A stretch of DNA of 64,000 nucleotides from Desulfarculales bacterium UBA702 (GTDB taxonomy: Bacteria > Desulfobacterota > Syntrophobacteria > Syntrophobacterales > Syntrophobacteraceae): assembly GCA_002298165.1 (NCBI GenBank), contig DBMI01000041.1, forward strand, positions 51-64,050. Direction: 5' to 3'. Shown one piece after another: positions 19,263 to 27,176 of this stretch (its first letter is position 1; every line of letters starts with the position of its first letter). Below the pieces are notes generated by a model. It made no database searches and was not told where the DNA came from. It saw nothing but the letters and a program-made list of their open reading frames with translations. Both the position numbers and the translations under genes were made by a program.

Positions 19263-19844
19263 CTAATGTCTATTATGATCCTGCAGGGCCAGGATGATTG
19301 AACCAGTCAGCAATGTTGACAATTCATACGGCAACCGGACACTTTGAACAGCTTCCCTCAGATTATTGTCCAGAGCTGAAAGAGCCTCATAGTGGCGACC
19401 CATGGGGAGCAATGCCCGAACCTTCGCGGCCAAAACCACCATCTCGTCGAAGCTTCTCACAACAGCATTTGCCACGCACTCGTCCTCTTCCACCGTTCCG
19501 CCGCTGATTCCGATCCCTCCCAGTACACGCCCATCCATACAAAGGGGAAGACCTCCGCCGAACAGTATGATCTTGCCGTTGTGAGTGTGCTCGATTCCAT
19601 AAAGGGGTCCGCCCGGCATCGCCAATTTTCCCAGTTCGCCGGTGGGCATGCGCAGAGCGGCAGCAGTATAAGCCTTGGAGATGGCAATTTCTGAGCTGGC
19701 TGGGAGTGTGCGATCCATCCTGGTGAAAAACTGAAGGTTTCCCGAGTGGTCCGCCAAGGCTATTGCCATCGGTACGCCCAACCCTGCGGCCTCGGCTTCA
19801 GCAATTGATCCTAAAAGCGAGTTGATTTCACAAGGTATTGTCAT
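19263..19844 (-). CDS. GlcG/HbpS-like DUF336 protein with ~60-aa C-terminal extension, copy 1
   Basis: GVPMAIALADHSGNL, SEIAISKAYTAA, GGGLPL..GRVLGGIGISGGTVEED. Start set at MTIPCE, giving a 17-nt overlap with pduO; the ORF could start at 19895. Confidence 0.75.
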   Translation of the reverse strand: MTIPCEINSLLGSIAEAEAAGLGVPMAIALADHSGNLQFFTRMDRTLPASSEIAISKAYTAAALRMPTGELGKLAMPGGPLYGIEHTHNGKIILFGGGLPLCMDGRVLGGIGISGGTVEEDECVANAVVRSFDEMVVLAAKVRALLPMGRHYEALSALDNNLREAVQSVRLPYELSTLLTGSIILALQDHNRH

Positions 19845-20436
19845 AAGCTGTTCTTCCGGATCTGGTTTTTCCGGGCGCAAGCTGAACAAGGACATCCTCT
19901 ATTCCGGCATAAACGGCAGTCGTCCAGGCCATTACAAAAAGCAAATCACTGAGCCTGTTGAAGTAAGGGATCAGGTCCCGATAGCTGTTGTTTTTTCGGT
20001 TCAGCCGCACCAGAAGGCGCTCGACCCGCCTGCACACCGATCTTGCGACATGAAGCGCGGCGCTGTCCGGTGAAGCGCCGGGGATAACGAAGGACTTGGA
20101 AAGGCCAAATGATTCGGTAAGCATGTCCAATTTGGCTTCCAGGGCCGTTATGTCTGATTTGTTCAAACGCCGTTTCAGGCTCGAAAGGGTGGGCGGAGTC
20201 GACGCCAATTCTGCTCCGGCCACAAAGAGGTCTTTCTGAATGGAAAAGATTATCGATCGCAAATCCTCCTGAGTCACCAGGGCGCGCGCCATTCCAAGGC
20301 TCGACTGCAGTTCATCGAGCGCCCCGTAGGTATCGACCCGAAGGTCGTCCTTCTCGACCGTTTCTCCGCTGAGGAGCCTGGTCCGACCCTGATCGCCAAA
20401 ACGGGTGTAAATCTTACTTTTCGCGTTTTCCATCAT
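19828..20436 (-). CDS. pduO: PduO-type ATP:cob(I)alamin adenosyltransferase (ATR domain only)
   Basis: KIYTRFGDQGRT..L, DDLRVDTYGALDELQSSLG, NRLSDLLFV. Confidence 0.88.
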   Translation of the reverse strand: MMENAKSKIYTRFGDQGRTRLLSGETVEKDDLRVDTYGALDELQSSLGMARALVTQEDLRSIIFSIQKDLFVAGAELASTPPTLSSLKRRLNKSDITALEAKLDMLTESFGLSKSFVIPGASPDSAALHVARSVCRRVERLLVRLNRKNNSYRDLIPYFNRLSDLLFVMAWTTAVYAGIEDVLVQLAPGKTRSGRTAYDNTL

Positions 20437-20471
20437 AATGTCTCACGTCCAATGGAGCGTCTGATCCGGAA

Positions 20472-20738
20472 TTAGCAGTTTATATCGTCTATAATCCCCA
20501 CTATCGTGGCATCCACCGGACATTCATTGTCGTCCAGACCCTGGCGTGCCCCGCTCCCCTGCACCACGAAAACACGCTCACCAACCCCGGCACCAACAGC
20601 ATCCACGGCAACAAACGGATCTCCCTTTGGCTCAATCCCCCTGTGGTCCAGAGGCTGGATGATCTGGATTTTACTTCCCAGCAGGCGCTCATGTTTGCGC
20701 GTGGCAACCAGAGTTCCGATGACTTTGGCAATAAGCAT
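20472..20738 (-). CDS. pduN: BMC-P pentameric vertex protein (EutN/PduN/CcmL family)
   Basis: 88 aa. MLIAKVIGTLVATRKHERLLGSKIQIIQPLD and the DAVGAG...VFVVQGS pattern. Confidence 0.88.
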   Translation of the reverse strand: MLIAKVIGTLVATRKHERLLGSKIQIIQPLDHRGIEPKGDPFVAVDAVGAGVGERVFVVQGSGARQGLDDNECPVDATIVGIIDDINC

Positions 20739-20767
20739 TGTCTGCCTCCTGTTTTGGACCCGCGACC

Positions 20768-21565
20768 CTAAGCCTTCATCAACTTGACGCCAAGTCTTCC
20801 GGCCAGGTCGCGTGCAAGGGGAGTCACGAGCCCGGCAGGTCCAAGATTTAAATTCGCCTTCTTCTTGTGAGCACTAAGTACATCTCCTGAAGTAGCGATC
20901 TTTCCCGAAACGGTAATCGCTTGACGGGGCAACGGCATGGGTTCCCTTGGGATTCGCCCGCGCGCTTCATTCCGGATCAATGAGTGTGCTGTTTCCGCGA
21001 GTGCACCGACGCCGGTCAGGGTGCACCCGAGTTCTTCCAGTTTTTTGAGGCGCTGGTGCATCAGTTCATTGAGCACGCTGTTTCCCTTATTGAAGCCCAG
21101 AGCCTTGCGGCCATCCCCGTAAGGGTCCGCTCCTTCTTTTGCCAATATGGTAGGCTTTCCGAAAAGGAGGGAATGCAGAAGGATATTGCTCACCAGATCG
21201 TCAGCAATGAGCAAAGAGAGTTTGGTTGCCGTATTGAGACTCAACAAAGGGACAGCCACAACTTCTGCCGCTTTTACTGAAGAAATCCATTTCTCGGGCG
21301 ATAAAAGACAAAGGTTCGGAAATCCGCTCAATTCCTCCCGGACCATTTCGGCAAAGAGGTGCCCGGCTGACCTGGAAAAAACCAGCTCGATTTTGTATCC
21401 ATCGAGGAGGAGAGATTTGACCTGCCGGATGCTTTCGACCAGTCCGACGGTTGCGCCGGTAAAGACGACTATTACGCTGCCCTTGGGCGCGTTATCGTTC
21501 ATGCGCGCGAGCAATCTGCGGATTACTTCCTCGACGATCAGTTGGAATTGTTCTTCCGTTATCAC
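20768..21565 (-). CDS. PduM-like microcompartment protein, long form with flavoprotein-like central domain
   Basis: The N-terminus EEQFQLIVEEVIRRLL and C-terminus LVTPLARDLAGRLGVKL match both ends of Salmonella PduM as I recall it. The middle resembles an HFCD flavoprotein fold (VVAVPLLSLNTATKLSLLIADDLVSN). Confidence 0.65.
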   Translation of the reverse strand: MITEEQFQLIVEEVIRRLLARMNDNAPKGSVIVVFTGATVGLVESIRQVKSLLLDGYKIELVFSRSAGHLFAEMVREELSGFPNLCLLSPEKWISSVKAAEVVAVPLLSLNTATKLSLLIADDLVSNILLHSLLFGKPTILAKEGADPYGDGRKALGFNKGNSVLNELMHQRLKKLEELGCTLTGVGALAETAHSLIRNEARGRIPREPMPLPRQAITVSGKIATSGDVLSAHKKKANLNLGPAGLVTPLARDLAGRLGVKLMKA

Positions 21566-22428
21566 GAGGTCCCGCTCCCTGTTAACCTTTCACTAGTCCC
21601 CATGGCAACATCACGACAATTTAAGGCTATCCCCAGAGGAGTTACCAGCAACGGCCGGACCGGTATTTCGACTTTGAGCCCAATTTCCGATTCCATTACC
21701 TGCTTTATCCCGGGAAAACTGCTTGTGCCTCCAACCAGGTAGATGGTATCCACCCGGTGACGCATAAGATGGCTCTTTACGATGGCGGCCATCTTTTCGA
21801 AAACGGGTCTTATGATGGGGAATATCTCCGGTTGGCGCGCGGGATCGGTCTTGATTTTTTCGGCTTCCGCAGTATCAATTTTGAACCGGCCCGCGATTAC
21901 CAGATCCGCATGAATCCCGCCCGTGGCTTCATCCGCGGTGTACACAACCGCACCGCCACGGATGATGCTGATGCCTGTCGTACCGCCACCGATATCTACA
22001 ACGGCCCCGTCGTTTATTCCCAGCACCACCGATGCCGCGGTAGGTTCCTCGATGAGTCCGGCAACCTCGAGATCGGCCGCATCGAGTACATTCGCAAAGA
22101 TCCTCGCATTCGCACGCCCGGTTCCTGGCGGATAAGCCGCCGCAGCCGTCCATATCTCGAAACCGGCCTCTCTCAGTGCGTTCACCTGCCGACGCAACGT
22201 TGAAACGGCCTGAACATAATCAAGAACGAGCCCATCCCTGATTGCCGAATGGCTGCGGGTAATCACACCGGCTACGGGAGCCCTTTTTGCGTCGACAACT
22301 GCCGTTACCGTGTAGGCCGTCCCGAGATCGACCCCGGCATATAAGGGCTCATCGCGCTCGATGACTTTTTCCAACGCAAGAGAAGCCTCAAATTCCAGCA
22401 GCAGTTTATTTGCTGATTTCGGTATCAT
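21562..22428 (-). CDS. eutJ: EutJ-like actin/Hsp70-fold ATPase
   Basis: VDLGTAYTV, DIGGGTTGISI, VYLVGGTSSFPGI. 4-nt overlap with the next gene. Confidence 0.85.
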   Translation of the reverse strand: MIPKSANKLLLEFEASLALEKVIERDEPLYAGVDLGTAYTVTAVVDAKRAPVAGVITRSHSAIRDGLVLDYVQAVSTLRRQVNALREAGFEIWTAAAAYPPGTGRANARIFANVLDAADLEVAGLIEEPTAASVVLGINDGAVVDIGGGTTGISIIRGGAVVYTADEATGGIHADLVIAGRFKIDTAEAEKIKTDPARQPEIFPIIRPVFEKMAAIVKSHLMRHRVDTIYLVGGTSSFPGIKQVMESEIGLKVEIPVRPLLVTPLGIALNCRDVAMGTSERLTGSGTS

Positions 22429-22437
22429 GGGCCTGCC

Positions 22438-23052
22438 TCATTCCTTGCCGGAAATCCTCAATACGGCCGTTTCAGCAGCATCTTTGGCGCGGGCGACATC
22501 AGATTCCTTGCCCCCGATATAAAGTCTCCCAACCGCTCCAAACGCCCGGCAGTCCACCAGCGTTATCTGAGAGTTTTTTTCTGCTTCGTTGGCTGCAAGC
22601 ATGATATAGCCGGCGGGAACGACTTCCAGAATGTACATATCCTGCCCGGGCAACACCATCGAACACAGCCTCGATACGTTCACCATCTGAACGTGGTAGT
22701 CGTTCATCTTGTGGATTATCTGGGAGTTCAGTATCTTAGGTTTAAGGCGGTCGTTCTGGACAACTCCAAGGGATTTCAGCGCGGCCTCGCCGGCATGCTT
22801 TACTTCCGCCTGAGCCTTCGAATGAAATTCCAGGACACCAAAATGCCGCTCAACCACCAGGAGACCGGGACGTACATTGGCGGCCTTGAGGGCTGCATCC
22901 GCGACCTGATTGATAAGGACTCCGGGGGCGATTTCCACAAGGATGGAAGCCATGCCGACAACGGGCAGGTATCCGCGCGCATTAGCTCCCATGTAGGCGG
23001 TGAACTGTGGTTGCATTCGATCGATATAAACAAAAGCACGGAGTTCGAGCAT
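22438..23052 (-). CDS. divergent tandem BMC-domain shell protein (BMC-T-like)
   Basis: Two halves each align by eye to the PduA core (ILVEIAPG..DAALKAANV; ILEVVPAG..NEAEKNSQI..GAVGRLYIGG). Each half has an extra ~30-aa leader. Confidence 0.6.
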   Translation of the reverse strand: MLELRAFVYIDRMQPQFTAYMGANARGYLPVVGMASILVEIAPGVLINQVADAALKAANVRPGLLVVERHFGVLEFHSKAQAEVKHAGEAALKSLGVVQNDRLKPKILNSQIIHKMNDYHVQMVNVSRLCSMVLPGQDMYILEVVPAGYIMLAANEAEKNSQITLVDCRAFGAVGRLYIGGKESDVARAKDAAETAVLRISGKE

Positions 23053-23077
23053 CAATGATCCTTTCGGTCTCCATCAG

Positions 23078-23593
23078 TTATTTTTCCGGTTTTTTCCTGC
23101 CCTTAGCCGATTTGAAAGACTTGGGTCCCCGGGTTTCCGGGACCTTTGGTGTCTTTGACCTGGTCGAACCGGTATTTGTATGTTCTGCAGGCCCGTCCTG
23201 CTCCATGACTGATTCAGCAATAGCATTAGGGCCGCTGACAATCGTGGGAACAGGCCGGTCTGAGGCCGTGGACAGGTCTTTCGTCCTTGCGGGAGCATAC
23301 TCTTTCCAGGCAGTATCCGGCGAAGCGGTGCCATTCGCGGCCAATTGCCCGTGAGGGCGTGGAATCACATGGACCGAGACGACTCGGCCAACTTTTCGCG
23401 CCGCCGCTGACCCTGCGGTGACCGCGGCCTTGACAGCCGCCACATCCCCCGAGAATTTCACGGTAACCAGGCCCATTCCCACAAAATGGTATCCGATAAA
23501 AACAACCCGGCTGGTTTTGCATGCTGTGTCAACTGCCTCCACCGCCGCCGTATAACCCTGGGTTTCTATCAGTCCGAGGCTTTCACGCTGCAT
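23078..23593 (-). CDS. pduK: BMC-H shell protein with long C-terminal tail (PduK-like)
   Basis: [24 protein letters not shown]...[18 protein letters not shown]...VHVIPRPH, then ~80 aa of low-complexity, Lys-rich tail. Confidence 0.8.
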   Translation of the reverse strand: MQRESLGLIETQGYTAAVEAVDTACKTSRVVFIGYHFVGMGLVTVKFSGDVAAVKAAVTAGSAAARKVGRVVSVHVIPRPHGQLAANGTASPDTAWKEYAPARTKDLSTASDRPVPTIVSGPNAIAESVMEQDGPAEHTNTGSTRSKTPKVPETRGPKSFKSAKGRKKPEK

Positions 23594-23602
23594 TGGTCAT
23601 CC

Positions 23603-23965
23603 TTATTTGCCGTGCTTTTCGTCGATAACAAGCGGCTGTCCTTTTGCCAAACGGCCCGCATTTGTCCCCAACCGGCGAAGCCGCGATGGCTCAAAAATTT
23701 CGCCGGAAAGCCGAAACAAGGGCTGTCCCAAAGGCAAATCCCGGTGATGAAGAACTATTTCCTCTGCATTCTTTATGGCAATTCCGACGTTTAGCGCTGA
23801 ATTGCGGGAAGCCTCCTTGGCCAAGTCTGTCGCGCTTTCGCACCGAATAACCTCCCTGAGTTCGAAAAGGACGCCCTCTTCTTCAACGCCCCACAAAAGA
23901 GGCTCTACACTGCTGGTCTGAACCGATTGCGTCCGCAATATCAAAATGACTGGTTTGGCGCTCAC
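23603..23965 (-). CDS. pduH: diol dehydratase reactivase small subunit
   Basis: 120 aa immediately after, and overlapping by 4 nt with, the large reactivase subunit. DdrB/PduH-like size and position. Confidence 0.75.
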   Translation of the reverse strand: MSAKPVILILRTQSVQTSSVEPLLWGVEEEGVLFELREVIRCESATDLAKEASRNSALNVGIAIKNAEEIVLHHRDLPLGQPLFRLSGEIFEPSRLRRLGTNAGRLAKGQPLVIDEKHGK

Positions 23966-25794
23966 CTGTTCTTTTTACCCCGCTCGACCTGAGCCAGTAT
24001 CAAGCCCGTCGCGACAGCGTTCCTCGGCCCTTCTGTCCCCCGAACATTTGCGCGGCCCGTCACAACACCAAACTCGAACAGCGAGTCGGAAATCATCTTT
24101 GGAATTTCAAAATCCAGTGCCGAACCGCCTACCAGCGCGAGAAAATTTATCAGCCGAATGTTGCCGGCGGGGGCGATTCGTTTGAGGGCACGCAGGGTAT
24201 TGGAGACAAAAACTTTGTGCTTGGCCTGCCTGCGCACGGACACAATTTTTTCCAATGGAACATCCAAATCCAGAGGCTTTGGCCCGTTCTCGGTAATCAC
24301 CGCGACTCTTCCAAAAAGCTTAGGGGCGAGTGGTTCTTCGAAAAACTGTACTGACCCGTCCTCGTGCCGGATGTGGAAAAGACTCTCCACCTTGGCCAGA
24401 GGATGACGCTTGATTTGTTCCGCCAACTCCCTGTCATCCAGACCCAGTTCGGTGTCGATAAGCAGGGTGACCATTTCGCCCGCGCCGGCAAGGTGGATGG
24501 ACTGAATATTTCCATCGCGGTCTATGATGGCGGCATCAGTTGAACCTCCCCCGAGATCCAGTATGGCAAAGGGGGCAGTGGCGCCGGGGGTGGTGAGGGC
24601 GCCGAGGATTGCCATTTCCGCCTCAACACCTCCCACGCAGCACGGCACCATGGTTTCTTCATCAATTTTGGCAGCAAGGCGCATCATGGGCAGCTTGTGC
24701 GTTTCCACCATCGCGGCAAGCCCCACTGCGTTGCCAAGTGAATACTCTCCCGCAAGGCTTCCGACCACTTTTTGCGGCTTAAAAGTCTCGACAGCGAGAA
24801 TGTCTCTCACACTCACGCTGCGGACGGGCTGGTCGGTAAGTTCGGCCATAATTTTTCGCATGTGCTCGAACATCCCGCCGACATTGGTGCCGGGTTCCCC
24901 CAGGATTTCCTCAAGCGGTGATATTTCATCGGCTTTCGCCATAATGGCGTCGGCGCCTTCTTCCACCTGTGCCTCAACCCGGCGGCCCCGGCCCATAAGC
25001 ACGAGCTTTCCCGCGGGGATGCTTCGTTTCTGGATATCTCCCATTGGAGTTTTTATTACTACAGCACTCCGAACTCCCGTAAGTGCCCGGGCAATAGGAA
25101 CAATTTTGCGGGTCTCTTCCGGGCCGAGGTCAAAAAGGGTTGCTATATCATAGGGGTTGGAGAGCTTTTCAATCGACCTCCCTGGAGCCGCAACCTCAAC
25201 GGCCGCGGGCATGCCAATAGGAATCCGGTCAATAAATTCGACTTCATCGACTATGGGGATACGCATCGACAGGCGGTTGGCAACCAGGACCCCATCATCA
25301 TTTTGCAGTATCGCGCCGGCGATTCGGGCATTTCCCATCATCGAACGATTGAGCCTTGCGACGACGTTCTGAAAATCATTATTGCCGGGCACAACGACTA
25401 TGCAGGGCACCCCCGGAACTTTGGAGTCCAGCGATTCCAGTCTTATGGTGATTCCGGTGCCAAGCCCCTCTCCTCCGGGGGTTCCCGGGTTGTGGCCGAT
25501 CATGGCGGATTCGGTTATGACCGTTTCAGTGATAGTCTCCATGGCAACATCACCAATTACAGGGGTAGCTTCGTTGAGCAGTATCAGGGAGAGATCCTTC
25601 CGCTTCAGGGGAGTGGCCATAAGGGCTGTATCCAGCCCTTCAATGACACCCATGGCGTTTTGAATCGTGCCTTTTATGCCGACCGTTCTCACGGTGGCAC
25701 TCGAAATAAAATAGGCTTTCCCATCAGGGCTGACTTCGCCAACGGCAACTTCCGTAGTGTTGTTACCAACGTCCACTCCCGCGATATAGCTCAT
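23962..25794 (-). CDS. pduG: diol dehydratase reactivase large subunit
   Basis: 610 aa with Hsp70-like ATPase folds (IAGVDVGNNTTEVA, ILDLGGGSTDAAII). DdrA/PduG architecture and position. Confidence 0.88.
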   Translation of the reverse strand: MSYIAGVDVGNNTTEVAVGEVSPDGKAYFISSATVRTVGIKGTIQNAMGVIEGLDTALMATPLKRKDLSLILLNEATPVIGDVAMETITETVITESAMIGHNPGTPGGEGLGTGITIRLESLDSKVPGVPCIVVVPGNNDFQNVVARLNRSMMGNARIAGAILQNDDGVLVANRLSMRIPIVDEVEFIDRIPIGMPAAVEVAAPGRSIEKLSNPYDIATLFDLGPEETRKIVPIARALTGVRSAVVIKTPMGDIQKRSIPAGKLVLMGRGRRVEAQVEEGADAIMAKADEISPLEEILGEPGTNVGGMFEHMRKIMAELTDQPVRSVSVRDILAVETFKPQKVVGSLAGEYSLGNAVGLAAMVETHKLPMMRLAAKIDEETMVPCCVGGVEAEMAILGALTTPGATAPFAILDLGGGSTDAAIIDRDGNIQSIHLAGAGEMVTLLIDTELGLDDRELAEQIKRHPLAKVESLFHIRHEDGSVQFFEEPLAPKLFGRVAVITENGPKPLDLDVPLEKIVSVRRQAKHKVFVSNTLRALKRIAPAGNIRLINFLALVGGSALDFEIPKMISDSLFEFGVVTGRANVRGTEGPRNAVATGLILAQVERGKKNR

Positions 25795-25889
25795 GCCGGA
25801 CTCTTCCGTTTATTGGCGCCGGTTTAGGCAGCCGAAAACGCCAGTGTTGAACAAAACCCGGGCACCCAGCCACAGTTTCTTGAACTCTG

Positions 25890-26453
25890 TCAGCTGCTTT
25901 TCAACCGGCCCCGCTTGTCATACACCTCCGCGGCCTCACGAACGATGGCAGCACAGGCGCGGGCCTGGTACTGCGTCTCCAGTTCACTCGCAATGTCCAG
26001 CAGTTCCTTTTTGGTAGAGCGATACGGCCTCAAAGCCTCATAGATCTCCAGAAGCCGTTCGTCCGTGATGCGGGTCATTTCCGCCGCCCTGCGAATGTTG
26101 CCCGCAAGCTGCGGTCTTCCGACAGCCTCGGCAATTTGAGCCTGATACTCAAGAGTTTCAGGCCGAATCTTTATATCGTTGAAGCTGATTTTTCCTGCCT
26201 GCACCTGGTCGAGGTTAATTTCTTCGAGCTTGAGGCCGGTGGCGGTGCGAACCAGGTCCGGTCTTTTTTGTGCAATCGGATAGTCGGACCTGGGGTCAAG
26301 CCGTTTAAGCGAAGAAATAACCGAAGGGGCGCTCTCTCCACTCAAGACGGCCATAACCCTTTTTACGGCCTCCTGGATCAGATCCGGTGAAACATCGACT
26401 CCTTTACTTCGAGCCATTCGATCTACCAAAGCCGATATCTGTTCATCGCTCAT
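25890..26453 (-). CDS. pduE: B12-dependent diol/glycerol dehydratase small subunit
   Basis: Aligns to recalled Salmonella PduE (RPETLEYQAQIA, LLEIYEALRPYRSTKKELL, AAIVREAA). Carries an N-terminal extension. Confidence 0.9.
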   Translation of the reverse strand: MSDEQISALVDRMARSKGVDVSPDLIQEAVKRVMAVLSGESAPSVISSLKRLDPRSDYPIAQKRPDLVRTATGLKLEEINLDQVQAGKISFNDIKIRPETLEYQAQIAEAVGRPQLAGNIRRAAEMTRITDERLLEIYEALRPYRSTKKELLDIASELETQYQARACAAIVREAAEVYDKRGRLKSS

Positions 26454-26506
26454 AGCGCGTCTCTCCTGACAAAATGGTTCCGGAATTAAGAAGCCACTGA
26501 CCGACT

Positions 26507-27151
26507 CTACAGTCGGACCGCAACCTCTTCCGGCGGTTTATCGGGATTCAGGTACTGGACCTCTTTATTGTAGAGCAAAGCCGCCAGGCCCTGATAACGG
26601 GGTCTCGCCATCGGATCATTACGGACCGGAACCGGCCTCGGGCTGTCCCCCTTTGCATACTTGGCGGCGTTTCTTCCCATGGCGCGGAAAGTTGCCAGAT
26701 CCAGCAGAGGGGATTGTGAAAAAAGCTCGAGGTTTTGCAGGGGTTTAAGATCCTTCTGATGTATGACGGCGGTTCCCCTGGACTGCACGCCGATTCCGAT
26801 TCCGGAACCGCTGAGTTTGGCCGCATCATGGGACATGAAAGCAACATCGACCGTACGGTTTACCTTGATAATGCGTGCCTTCAGCCCTTCTTCCTCGATT
26901 CCGGCCAGGATTTCCCTTAAGACCTGCTGATGGGGGATGCCGATTATCGTACTGGTCATCGCGGTGCCAAACGCGGGCGGTATGGCTATTACGACTTCAT
27001 TCTTATCCACACCCTGCTTCGCCGGCCCTATCAGTTTGAATTCCACGGGCGCGGAAGCTTTACCGGCAGAGCTGCCCAAACCTCCATTGCCGGCCAGGTC
27101 CCGCAGCACCTCAAGGATGACCTCTCTTACTATGTCTTCAGTGATTTTCAT
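26507..27151 (-). CDS. pduD: B12-dependent diol/glycerol dehydratase medium subunit
   Basis: Aligns to recalled PduD (EVVIAIPPAFG, ILREILAGIEEEGLKARI, SGSGIGIGVQSRGT). The N-terminal helix DIVREVILEVLRDL is present. Confidence 0.9.
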   Translation of the reverse strand: MKITEDIVREVILEVLRDLAGNGGLGSSAGKASAPVEFKLIGPAKQGVDKNEVVIAIPPAFGTAMTSTIIGIPHQQVLREILAGIEEEGLKARIIKVNRTVDVAFMSHDAAKLSGSGIGIGVQSRGTAVIHQKDLKPLQNLELFSQSPLLDLATFRAMGRNAAKYAKGDSPRPVPVRNDPMARPRYQGLAALLYNKEVQYLNPDKPPEEVAVRL

Positions 27152-27176
27152 CTGTCTTGCCTCCTTGGGTGGCCTC

